Of a DNA stretch of 64,000 nucleotides, positions 21,634-31,453 are shown in pieces (the first letter of the stretch is position 1; each line of letters begins with the position of its first letter). The notes under the pieces are model-generated. The model searched no databases and was not told where the DNA came from. It was given only the letters and a program-made list of their open reading frames with translations. The stretch is from an uncultured Desulfarculus sp. Lineage in GTDB: Bacteria; Desulfobacterota; Desulfarculia; Desulfarculales; Desulfarculaceae. Location of the stretch: contig CAXXUK010000002.1 of the NCBI GenBank assembly GCA_963665125.2, forward strand, positions 1,184,001-1,248,000, in the 5' to 3' direction. A program made the position numbers and the translations under genes.

Positions 21634-22577
21634 AACGCTTCCTCCGTCCGAATGGCGCTTCTCAGCCTTGCCGAGCGGGCGCGGGGATTTTGTCTGACTT
21701 CCTCTTCCGAGGCCGTTACCGGCTTTTTACGGCCGATTTTTACGATGGGCTTTTTGCCGCAAACACATACCGGCAGATCCGGCGGGCAGGTGCAGGGATC
21801 GGCCAGGCGGCGCAGGGTGTCCTTGACCCTGCGGTCTTCCAGCGAATGGTAGCTGATGACGGCCAGGACGCCTCCGGGCGAGAGCCAGGCCGGAACCTGC
21901 TGTAAGAACCGGTCCAGCTGGCCCAGTTCGTCGTTGACTGCGATGCGCAGGGCTTGGAAGACCCTGGTGGCCGGATGGGTCCGGGCCGTGCGGCGCCAAG
22001 CGGCCGGCGTGGCTTTTTCGATTATCATGGCCAGCCGTTCCGTGGTCGTTATGGGCTCGGATACCCTGGCGGATGTGATGGCCTCGGCATAGCGGCCGGC
22101 CATGGGCTCCTCGCCCAGGCGCCGGAAAATCTCGGCCAACTCCCCCGTGGAGAGTGTGGCCACCAGATCCGCCGCGCTGGTCTGGCCATGGCCCATGCGC
22201 ATATCCAGGGGGCCCTCTTTCATGAAGGAAAAGCCTCTGGCTGCTTGATCCAACTGCATGGAGCTGACTCCAAGGTCCAGCAAAATGCCGTCCGCCGTTT
22301 TTTTGCCAATGGCCGCCAACTGGCTGCCGATACAATCGAAAGTGGCTTCGGCCGCGATAAATCTCTGGCCGAAGCGCTTGAGTCTTTGTTGGGCTAGTTC
22401 CAGAGCGCCGGGGTCGCGATCCAGGCCCAGAAGGAGGCCGTCCGGGGAACTTGCCTCCAATATTGCTTCAGAGTGGCCGCCCGCGCCCAGGGTACCGTCC
22501 ACATAAACTCCGCCTGACCTCGGGTCGATGAGCGATAACGCCTCGGCCAGAAGCACCGGCCGGTGCGCCTGGGTCAT
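21630..22577 (-). CDS. rsmH: 16S rRNA m4C1402 methyltransferase RsmH
   Basis: 'HRPVLL', 'DGTLGAGGHS', 'DLGVSSMQLD', 'SYHSLEDR' and 'NPRARSARLR'. Confidence 0.98.
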   Translation of the reverse strand: MTQAHRPVLLAEALSLIDPRSGGVYVDGTLGAGGHSEAILEASSPDGLLLGLDRDPGALELAQQRLKRFGQRFIAAEATFDCIGSQLAAIGKKTADGILLDLGVSSMQLDQAARGFSFMKEGPLDMRMGHGQTSAADLVATLSTGELAEIFRRLGEEPMAGRYAEAITSARVSEPITTTERLAMIIEKATPAAWRRTARTHPATRVFQALRIAVNDELGQLDRFLQQVPAWLSPGGVLAVISYHSLEDRRVKDTLRRLADPCTCPPDLPVCVCGKKPIVKIGRKKPVTASEEEVRQNPRARSARLRSAIRTEEAF

Positions 22578-22578
22578 C

Positions 22579-23022
22579 CTAGACCCCCAATTCCGCCATG
22601 CGGGCGCCTATGTTGGTGCCGGAAATGCGGTTTTCCTCTTCCTCCCAACGCTCTTCGTTCCATATTTCGAAGTATTTCTGCGCACCGACCAACACGGCCT
22701 TGCCGTCCAGGGCGGCTTTTTGGCGCAGACGCGGGGGGATGAGGACGCGGCCTTGTTTGTCCAGGGTGCATTCCGTGGCGTTTCCGAAAAAGCGCCGCTT
22801 GATGGTCTGGACGTCTTCGTTGAGCTCGGGCAGGTTGGCGATTTTGTCCGCCAGCGAGCGCCAGTCCTCAACCGGGTAGCAGACCAGATAATGGTCGGAA
22901 TTGGGCAACGTGGTAACGACCAGTTTGTCGTCGCGCTTGGCTTTTAATACATCGCGGAAGCCGGCCGGGATGGCCAGGCGCCCTTTGACGTCCAAGCTAT
23001 GTGTTGACGACCCGGTAAACAC
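22579..23022 (-). CDS. mraZ: Division/cell wall cluster repressor MraZ
   Basis: Twin 'DxxGR' motifs (LDVKGRLAIP, LDKQGRVLIP) and 'FEIW'. Confidence 0.96.
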   Translation of the reverse strand: MFTGSSTHSLDVKGRLAIPAGFRDVLKAKRDDKLVVTTLPNSDHYLVCYPVEDWRSLADKIANLPELNEDVQTIKRRFFGNATECTLDKQGRVLIPPRLRQKAALDGKAVLVGAQKYFEIWNEERWEEEENRISGTNIGARMAELGV

Positions 23023-23043
23023 GTTGTGTTTTCTCCTCGTTCA

Positions 23044-23078
23044 CCCACTTTGACCCACAATCCACCACCGGATCCCAC
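23044..23078 (-). promoter_or_regulatory. MraZ operator: four GTGG(G/T) boxes at exact 10-bp period
   Basis: CCCAC 23044-48, CCCAC 23054-58, ACCAC 23064-68 and CCCAC 23074-78 immediately upstream of mraZ. Confidence 0.85.
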
Positions 23079-23106
23079 TATAGATGTTGTGGGAGGCGCA
23101 TGTCAA
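23077..23106 (-). promoter_or_regulatory. sigma70-type dcw promoter
   Basis: Minus strand TTGACA-N18-TATAGT; the -10 element overlaps the first MraZ box. Confidence 0.65.
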
Positions 23107-23357
23107 TAAAAAAACTCGATATTTTTGTAATCTAAAGGCAGTGTCCCTGACGTTTCACTTCTGTGATTTGAGGCGTGGGAATATATACCACTTTTTAGAG
23201 GAAAATATCACAACTAACGCAAATAACACGTAAAATAATTAGGGACGGAGAAATAGACCATTTTTGCGGCTAAAGACGCCACTGTGAATGTGGCGTTAGG
23301 GTGGCGGAATGTGGGGAACTTGGCTATGTGTCTTTTAAAAATCTACTTCTTGGGCGG

Positions 23358-23387
23358 TTGACTCGTTGAATGCGGTGGTGCTATGCT
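23358..23387 (+). promoter_or_regulatory. Putative sigma70 promoter of the HU gene
   Basis: TTGACT-N18-TATGCT with extended -10 TG. Confidence 0.45.
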
Positions 23388-23574
23388 CAATTTCGACTCG
23401 CGCACATGTTCGGTTCCAACTGCTCCCCTATAGTGTATGACGGGCAAGGCACATCGGGGTGGGGCACACATGAAAATCTTGAACACTGCGCAAGGTGGTC
23501 GAGGGTAGCTCCCGATACAGAGGCGAGACCCTGAAATCTGTTAATTCTTTAGACACCCTTTTTAAGGAGGAGGC

Positions 23575-23862
23575 ATGGCTGGGAAACCACTGACCAAGGC
23601 GGACATGATCGACAAGATCGCCAGCAAGGCCGATATTTCTAAACGAGCTGCCAAGGATGCATTGGAAGCGTTTGTCGAAGTTTGCCGTGACGAGGTCAAG
23701 GCTGGCAATCCGTTCCGAGTGGCCGGATTGGGCACTTTCAGCCTCAAGGAGTCCGCACCGCGCAAGGGAGTCAATCCTGCAACTCGGCAACCGATTGAAA
23801 TTGAGTCCAAAAAGCGCATGGCATTCAAGATGAGTTCTCAAGTTCGGGATTCACTCAACTAG
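23575..23862 (+). CDS. hup: HU-family histone-like DNA-binding protein
   Basis: 'LTKADMIDKIA', 'GLGTFSL' and 'RKGVNPAT'; strong AAGGAGG RBS. Confidence 0.93.
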   Translation: MAGKPLTKADMIDKIASKADISKRAAKDALEAFVEVCRDEVKAGNPFRVAGLGTFSLKESAPRKGVNPATRQPIEIESKKRMAFKMSSQVRDSLN

Positions 23863-23965
23863 AACAAGTCCACCTGCGAGTCCGCTCATTGGGTGACTCC
23901 CATCGGCCAAGCCTCTATCGGGTTCCTGTCACTCGTTTCCCAATGAGGCGCAAGCTATACCAAAA

Positions 23966-23994
23966 GCACCCCGGCTACGGCCGGGGTGTTTATT
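23966..23994 (+). terminator. Intrinsic terminator
   Basis: GCACCCCGGC-TACG-GCCGGGGTGT followed by TTATT. Confidence 0.75.
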
Positions 23995-24183
23995 ATGGTA
24001 TTTCAACATGCCGGAATAAAAGTTATTTTTGCCTAGCGTAGAAAAGGTGTGGTAACCTATTTCTTACGGGTTTTCGTCTGCGTCGATAGTTTTATCCGCG
24101 ACGATTTTATCCAGTGATCATATGTTTTTCACGCTCTAGTTTCCCTGTGCAACCGCCCTATTGCACGGAGGAGGTGTCTCAGC

Positions 24184-26547
24184 ATGGCCGCACATGACGA
24201 AGTTATAGGCTCTCTCCTTGATGAAATGGCATCCGAGGTAATGGTCCTGGAGGCCGGAGACTTGATGGCCTATGGTGAGTTGTTGTCACATCTCGAGAGG
24301 TTGTTGATCGTCTGCGAAGGGGCTGGTCCTGCGACTCTGACTCAACTGGTAAACGCGCTTAAGTTCCATATGGAAGGCATGATTCTGGGTGAAGTCGATG
24401 ACCAGGAGCAAGGTCTGGAACTGACCCGGCAGGGTGTTCAACTGGCCCAGGATGTGATGCGGGAAGAGGCCGGACAGCCGGAGTTGGAAAAGTTGCTGAG
24501 CAATCCGGGCATGGCCGCCAGGGCTCTGGCCGCCATCGAGCAGACGCCGGACCAAGCAGGAGCCGGGGAAGATGTTCCGGCGCCTGAAGCGGACCAGGGC
24601 GAGGACGGGATGGAAATGGGCGAACTGCCCGATGACGCAGTGCCCGACCTGGAACCGGCCGCCGAGCCCGAGGCCGAAATCATCAGCGATGAGGACATGG
24701 AGCTGCTTTCCGGGTTTGTGGTTGAGGCCCTGGAACATCTTGAGTCCATTGAAGTCAACGCCCTGGTTTTGGAAGATTCGCCCCAGGACGCCGAGGCCCT
24801 AAATGCGGTATTCCGGCCGTTCCACACGATCAAGGGCGTAAGCGGCTTCTTGAATCTCAAGGACATCAACCACCTGGCCCACTCGCTGGAAAACCTCCTG
24901 GATAAAGCCAGGGCCCATGAGCTGATTATCGACAGCATTTCCATTGATATCATTTTGAGTGGTGTCGATGTCTTGCATCAGATGATCGAGGAATCCCAAG
25001 CGGCCGCCAACGAACGGCGCCCCAGGGCAACATTCGACACCGCTGAGTTGGAGGCAAGGATCGAGGCCGTGCTCAGCGGAGAACAGGCTCCCGCGTCCGA
25101 GGAGCACGATGAGCCCGAACCGCCCGAACAGGCCACCGGGCCCGACGAGGCTGATGAATTTGAGGAGCCCGAGGTTGAGCCCATGAAACTGGGCGAGGTC
25201 TTGGTGGGCAAGCGCATGGTCTCGGCCGAGGACATGGACAAGGCCCTGGAGGCTCAAAGGGCCTCAAAGCCGCCCAAGCAACTCGGCGAAATCCTGGTTT
25301 CCGAGGGCAAGGCCAAGCCGGAACAGGTTGCCGAAGGTCTGCGCACCCAAAAGGTCATGGCTCAGGCCGTGGGAGCCCCGGCGGCACAGGAAGTAAAGAT
25401 AGACACGGTCAAACTCGACAACCTGCTTGATATGGTCGGCGAATTGGTCATTGCCCAGTCCATGGTTCAGGCCAATCCCAATGTCCAGGCCATTGGCGAC
25501 CGCAAACTGCGCACCGATCTGGGCCAATTGAAACGCATAACCAGCGACCTGCAAAAATCAACCATGAGCATGCGCATGGTGCCCATCCGCCAGACATTCC
25601 AGAAAATGTCCAGGGTAGTACGCGATACGGCCAAAAAGGCCAAGAAAAAGGTCCGTCTGGAACTGGTCAACGAAGACACCGAGATCGACCGCAATATGGT
25701 CGAGAAGTTTTATGATCCGTTGATGCACATGGTGCGCAACTCAGTGGACCACGGTTGCGAAGGACCTGAGGACAGGATTGCCGCAGGCAAACCCGAAGAA
25801 GGTCTGGTGACCCTCAGCGCCTACCACAAGGGCGGCAGTGTATGCATCGAAATCAAGGACGACGGCCGGGGGCTGCACCGGGAAAAAATCGTTAAAAAGG
25901 GCATTGAGCGCGGTTTGATCGAATCAGACCAGGACATGACCGACCAGGAAGTGTTCAGCCTGATCATGAAAGCCGGATTTTCCACGGCCGAGCAAGTCAC
26001 CGACATATCCGGCCGCGGCGTGGGCATGGACGTGGTGCAGCGCACCATTGATGAACTGCGCGGCCGCATTGAAATCACTTCAAACCTTGGCGAAGGCACG
26101 ACATTCACCATCGCCCTGCCGTTGACTTTGGCCATCATCGACGGTATGGTCGTCCAGTTGGGAACGGAACGATTCATCCTGCCGACCATTGGCGTGATCG
26201 AGTCCCTGCGCCCCAGCCGCGAAGATTACACCACGGTTCAGGGCCGGGGCGAAATGATCATGATTCGCGGCAGCCTCCTGCCCCTTGTAAGACTGCACCA
26301 AATCGTCTGCATTGAGCCCGAACATCACGAACCCTGGGAAGGATTGGTCGTTGTCGTGGAACATCACGGCCACAGGCGCTGTCTTCTGGTGGATCAGTTG
26401 ATCGGCAGGCAGGAAGTGGTTATCAAGACCTTGGGCGAAAGCCTCAAGGACGTCAAGGTCGCCGCCGGCGGAGCCATCATGGGCGACGGCAAGGTGAGCC
26501 TCATTCTGGATGTGGAAGGCCTTTTTAAAAGTCACGAAGGCCGGTAG
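24184..26547 (+). CDS. cheA: Chemotaxis histidine kinase CheA with N-terminal extension and MshEN-like repeats
   Basis: Hpt 'FRPFHTIKG', dimerisation 'LDMVGELVIA', 'HMVRNSVDHG', 'DDGRGL', 'SGRGVGMD' and a C-terminal CheW domain. Confidence 0.96.
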   Translation: MAAHDEVIGSLLDEMASEVMVLEAGDLMAYGELLSHLERLLIVCEGAGPATLTQLVNALKFHMEGMILGEVDDQEQGLELTRQGVQLAQDVMREEAGQPELEKLLSNPGMAARALAAIEQTPDQAGAGEDVPAPEADQGEDGMEMGELPDDAVPDLEPAAEPEAEIISDEDMELLSGFVVEALEHLESIEVNALVLEDSPQDAEALNAVFRPFHTIKGVSGFLNLKDINHLAHSLENLLDKARAHELIIDSISIDIILSGVDVLHQMIEESQAAANERRPRATFDTAELEARIEAVLSGEQAPASEEHDEPEPPEQATGPDEADEFEEPEVEPMKLGEVLVGKRMVSAEDMDKALEAQRASKPPKQLGEILVSEGKAKPEQVAEGLRTQKVMAQAVGAPAAQEVKIDTVKLDNLLDMVGELVIAQSMVQANPNVQAIGDRKLRTDLGQLKRITSDLQKSTMSMRMVPIRQTFQKMSRVVRDTAKKAKKKVRLELVNEDTEIDRNMVEKFYDPLMHMVRNSVDHGCEGPEDRIAAGKPEEGLVTLSAYHKGGSVCIEIKDDGRGLHREKIVKKGIERGLIESDQDMTDQEVFSLIMKAGFSTAEQVTDISGRGVGMDVVQRTIDELRGRIEITSNLGEGTTFTIALPLTLAIIDGMVVQLGTERFILPTIGVIESLRPSREDYTTVQGRGEMIMIRGSLLPLVRLHQIVCIEPEHHEPWEGLVVVVEHHGHRRCLLVDQLIGRQEVVIKTLGESLKDVKVAAGGAIMGDGKVSLILDVEGLFKSHEGR

Positions 26548-26583
26548 GGCTGGATCAGGGATGAGTCGCGGAGGGCAATTGGA

Positions 26584-27102
26584 ATGAATGTGCAAGCCAA
26601 TAAGGACGCACACAACAAAGCGGTGGCTGAACGAAGAAATCACCTGGTTAACCTGGTCGGCAAGTATCTTACCTTTATGCTCGCCGACGAGGAATATGCC
26701 GTTCAGATTTTCAAGGTGAAAGAAATCATTGGATTAATAGATATTACTCCCGTGCCCCAGACCGCCGATTTCATGCTGGGCGTGATTAATTTGAGGGGCA
26801 AAGTTATTCCCATTGTGGATTTGCGTTTGCGCTTTGGCCTGGATTACCGGGAGCATGACGAAAGGACCTGCATAATCGTCATGGAGATCCTTGGCACCGA
26901 TGGCACCTGGGCCTTGATGGGTATTTTGGTTGACAGTGTCAGCGAAGTAATAAACGTTGCGTTGGATGATTTGGAGCCGTCGCCGTCTTTTGGCGTGGAC
27001 CTTGACATCTCCTACATTTTGGGTATCGCCAAGGTTGGCGGCAACGTAAAAATAATACTTGATATCGATAAGGTGTTATGCGAACAGCAACTGGTGGTAT
27101 AA
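26584..27102 (+). CDS. cheW: CheW coupling protein
   Basis: 'YLTF', 'ITPVP', 'GVINLRGKVIPIVDLR' and 'GILVDSVSEV'. Confidence 0.96.
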   Translation: MNVQANKDAHNKAVAERRNHLVNLVGKYLTFMLADEEYAVQIFKVKEIIGLIDITPVPQTADFMLGVINLRGKVIPIVDLRLRFGLDYREHDERTCIIVMEILGTDGTWALMGILVDSVSEVINVALDDLEPSPSFGVDLDISYILGIAKVGGNVKIILDIDKVLCEQQLVV

Positions 27103-27228
27103 TTTTTTGAAGGTCAATAATTTATTTTTTTGGTAATCCTGCGCCAGCTATTAGACTTTGTGTAATCAGGCATTGGACGTCAGGCGCGTTCCCAGAATCA
27201 AACTGAAACTTCAGGCGGAGTTGCGGTT

Positions 27229-28065
27229 GTGGAGCCTCTAAGAATAAGCATCACTGACGCGCAATATAAAAAACTGGCTCAGCTTGTCTATAGCCTTTCC
27301 GGCATAAATCTTGGCGACGGTAAAAAGGAACTGCTCAAGGCCCGCTTGGCCAAACGGATGAGAACGACCGGCATCCGAAATGTCGGCGAGTTTATCAGCC
27401 GCCTGGAAAAAGACAATTCCGGCGAAGAACTTATCGGATTTCTTGATTGCATCACCACAAACAAAACCGATTTTTACCGCGAACCGCAGCACTTCGATTT
27501 TTTGACCAGCGATGTGCTGCCCGGTCTGGATAAACTTTGCGGTCCCAATGGAAAATTCAACATGTGGTGCGCGGCCGCTTCGACCGGTGAAGAGCCGTAT
27601 ACCTTGGCTATCACCCTCATGGAAGGTCAGCAATACTGGGCGCGCAGGGGAGTGGCCTTTTGGGCCTCCGATATCGATACCCAAGTGCTCAAACATGCCC
27701 AACGGGGAGTTTACTCCCAAGACCGCGTGGCCGGAATTCCCCGCAGCATTTTGACCAAGTATTTTCAAAGGGGCTCGAATCGTTGGGCCGGCCATGTCCG
27801 GGTAAAGGCTCCTCTGCGCGACATGATTGAATTTCGCAAGATAAACCTTATGGACGCCTTTGGGTTTGATGGTAACCTGCATGTTATATTTTGTCGTAAC
27901 GTGATGATTTATTTTGACAAACCTACACAACAGCGCCTGGTTGAGAAGTTTTACAACTGTTTGTGCAAAGGTGGATATCTTTTTGTCGGGCATTCGGAGA
28001 GCCTGACCGGCATTAAGCATCGGCTTCGTTTTGTCCGCCCTGCCATTTACCGTAAGGAGTCTTGA
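27229..28065 (+). CDS. cheR: CheR methyltransferase
   Basis: 'TTNKTDFYREP', 'WCAAASTGEEPYT', 'IFCRNVMIYF' and 'GHSES'. Confidence 0.96.
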   Translation: MEPLRISITDAQYKKLAQLVYSLSGINLGDGKKELLKARLAKRMRTTGIRNVGEFISRLEKDNSGEELIGFLDCITTNKTDFYREPQHFDFLTSDVLPGLDKLCGPNGKFNMWCAAASTGEEPYTLAITLMEGQQYWARRGVAFWASDIDTQVLKHAQRGVYSQDRVAGIPRSILTKYFQRGSNRWAGHVRVKAPLRDMIEFRKINLMDAFGFDGNLHVIFCRNVMIYFDKPTQQRLVEKFYNCLCKGGYLFVGHSESLTGIKHRLRFVRPAIYRKES

Positions 28066-28066
28066 T

Positions 28067-28552
28067 TTGGCCGGTAGAATCGCAGTTGGCGTTGGAGACT
28101 TGGCGGTCTCCAAGGACAAGAGGGACGAGATAGTCACATATTCCCTTGGATCCTGCATTGCCGTGATCATACATGATGCCAAGGCCGGCGTGGGGGGGTT
28201 GTTGCACCTTATGTTGCCCACCTCTACTCTAAACCCGCAGAGGGCGGCATCCCAGCCTGCCGTATTTGCCGACACCGGCCTGCCAAGACTGTTCCGCAGC
28301 GCCTATGATTTGGGCGCTGTAAAAGGGCGAATGAAAGTGGTGTTGGTCGGCGGTAGTCAAGTCTTGGACGAGGGGGGCCACTTCAACATTGGTAAGCGCA
28401 ACTATGCGGCAGTTAGAAAAATATTGTACCGCAACAATGTTCTTGTGGATAAAGAAGACGTTGGCGGAAACGTCAATCGCACTGTTGGGCTGCGCGTCGA
28501 CACCGGTGAGATTTGGATGAAAGTCAACGGCGGCAATTTGAGGAAGCTGTGA
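28067..28552 (+). CDS. cheD: CheD glutamine deamidase
   Basis: TTG start after AAGGAG; 'LGSCIAV', 'HLMLP', 'IGKRN' and 'EDVGG'. Confidence 0.93.
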   Translation: MAGRIAVGVGDLAVSKDKRDEIVTYSLGSCIAVIIHDAKAGVGGLLHLMLPTSTLNPQRAASQPAVFADTGLPRLFRSAYDLGAVKGRMKVVLVGGSQVLDEGGHFNIGKRNYAAVRKILYRNNVLVDKEDVGGNVNRTVGLRVDTGEIWMKVNGGNLRKL

Positions 28553-29400
28553 GTCTGGTCAAGGAAATACTGGCCAAAGCCGAAAATTTGCCGGCCATAC
28601 CGGCAATCGTGCAACAGGTGTTGGGCCTTGTCCAAGATCCTGATTTTGAATTTTCACGGCTTATTGATACCGTGAAGATGGATCCGGGAATCACGGCTCA
28701 TGTGTTGCGCATGGCAAACTCGCCGTTTTACGGGCTGAGGCAAAAAATATCGTCTTTGGATCAGGCGCTGGCTTTGTTGGGAACACGCAACCTTGTGGAA
28801 ATCGTGCTCAGCGCCCAGGTGGTCAAGTTTTACCAAGTCGACCAAGATGGCTACCGCCTGGCCAGGGGCGATCTGTGGCGCCATTGCATGGCCACGGCGC
28901 TATTGGCCAACAAAATCGGCGCAATGATAAAGTTCGGTGAAACGGCGACTCTGTTCACGGCGGCCCTGTTGCACGATGTGGGCAAGTTGATACTCAGCCA
29001 GTATGTCGGTGGCCGCTACGAAGCGATAGAAAAACTCGTGGAACAGGGCGGCAAGAGTTTCGTGGAGGCCGAACGCGAGGTGCTCGGAGTCGATCACGCC
29101 CTGTTGGGCGGTGTGGTGGCCAGGCATTGGAATTTTCCAGAGTCGATTGTTACGGCCATAGCGTTTCATCACATGCCGGAAAGATCGTCCAAACACAAGC
29201 AAATGACCGGTTTGGTGGCCTTGGCCAACATATTGGCCCTTTCCATGGGCATGGGCGGCGGCGCGGACGGGTTGGCCTTGCCCCTGAGCGCCGGCCTGTT
29301 CGAACTGGCGGGTGTCAAGGCCCGGGAAATCGACAAGCTCGCCTTGGAAATAAAGGACATCAATGATCAGGCCGACGAATTGTTGTCCATGGCTAATTGA
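28549..29400 (+). CDS. HDOD-domain signalling protein
   Basis: GTG start overlapping the cheD stop; 'LPAIP', 'DPGITAHVLRMANS', 'LLHDVGK' and 'HWNFP'. Confidence 0.9.
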   Translation: MSLVKEILAKAENLPAIPAIVQQVLGLVQDPDFEFSRLIDTVKMDPGITAHVLRMANSPFYGLRQKISSLDQALALLGTRNLVEIVLSAQVVKFYQVDQDGYRLARGDLWRHCMATALLANKIGAMIKFGETATLFTAALLHDVGKLILSQYVGGRYEAIEKLVEQGGKSFVEAEREVLGVDHALLGGVVARHWNFPESIVTAIAFHHMPERSSKHKQMTGLVALANILALSMGMGGGADGLALPLSAGLFELAGVKAREIDKLALEIKDINDQADELLSMAN

Positions 29401-29431
29401 GTGATAAGGGGGGGAAGGACAGTTATCAGAT

Positions 29432-29851
29432 ATGGCTTTGCGCGTACTAATAGTCGATGATTCGGCGGCCATGCGGGCCATGGTTAAAAAAACCCTTAAG
29501 GCTGCCGGGTTTTCCCTGGAATCATGCCTGGAGGGTGCCAATGGCCTCGAGGCGTTGGATATTTTGCATAACAATGAAGTAGATGTCGTCCTGAGCGATT
29601 TGCATATGCCGGAGATGGACGGGTTGCAACTGTTGGAAGCCCTGCAAAAGGAAGGCATGGTTCCCAAATGTTTCATCCTGGTGACCACTGAGGGACGAAA
29701 GGAAAAGCTTCGTCAGGCTCTTGCCTTTGGCGCGCGCGGCTATGTGCTTAAACCGTTCCAGCCGGAAGGCCTGCGTAAGATCCTTAGCTTATTTGTTGGA
29801 GAACCCGATGGAGACGAATTGGAGCTCAGCCCTGAAGGACTCGATTTCTGA
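29432..29851 (+). CDS. cheY: CheY-like single-domain response regulator
   Basis: 'LIVDDS', phosphoacceptor 'SDLHMPEMDG' and 'YVLKPF'. Confidence 0.85.
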   Translation: MALRVLIVDDSAAMRAMVKKTLKAAGFSLESCLEGANGLEALDILHNNEVDVVLSDLHMPEMDGLQLLEALQKEGMVPKCFILVTTEGRKEKLRQALAFGARGYVLKPFQPEGLRKILSLFVGEPDGDELELSPEGLDF

Positions 29852-30281
29852 GGTCTTCAGCACATCTTTTTTCCTGGTGCCGGAATCTTATCCCGATCCG
29901 CCGGAGACGGCCCACCAAATGAGCGCCGCTGGTTGGTTTGAAGGTTATCTCGACTTCAACCGCGACGCACAGACGGTCCGTATCTGGGTGTGGACACCCA
30001 AAAGGATCGCCGTGGAACTGGCGGCGAACATCTTTGCCTGTGATCCGGATGAAGTGGACACGGAGCAGGTGCTTGACGCCTTCCGGGAAATGATCAATAT
30101 GGTCAGCGGAAATTTGCTCACCGTGGTCGATACTGAAAGCGCCTGGAAAATGGGTTTGCCCAATGCCAATGTGCTGGCTTCGGGTACGGTGGGCCAGGCT
30201 GTGGGCGCGGCTGAGTGGGACATGCTTTTTGATATAGAAGGGTCCCCCATTGTCGCTGGATGGAAGATGTTCACCAAGTAA
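29808..30281 (+). CDS. cheX: CheX/CheC-like phosphatase
   Basis: Start METNW at 29808 (GGAG upstream); ExxN motif 'DAFREMINMVSGN'. Confidence 0.7.
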   Translation: METNWSSALKDSISEVFSTSFFLVPESYPDPPETAHQMSAAGWFEGYLDFNRDAQTVRIWVWTPKRIAVELAANIFACDPDEVDTEQVLDAFREMINMVSGNLLTVVDTESAWKMGLPNANVLASGTVGQAVGAAEWDMLFDIEGSPIVAGWKMFTK

Positions 30282-30307
30282 GCCTGCCGGTTGCCGTTTT
30301 GGCGTGA

Positions 30308-31390
<1,083 letters not shown>

Positions 31391-31419
31391 TCAGACATCA
31401 AGATCAACCGCCTGAAACG

Positions 31420-31453
31420 AAAAGGCCGCCGGAATCGGCGGCCTCTTTTTTTT
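31420..31453. terminator. Bidirectional intrinsic terminator
   Basis: A-run, AGGCCGCCG-GAAT-CGGCGGCCT, then a T-run, between convergent genes. Confidence 0.85.

Noticed and set aside
23393..23560. 6S RNA
   Set aside because: Fragments (ATGTTCG, CTTGAAC) are reminiscent, but the rod is only ~110 nt and the pairing register differs from 6S; kept only as a generic structured leader.
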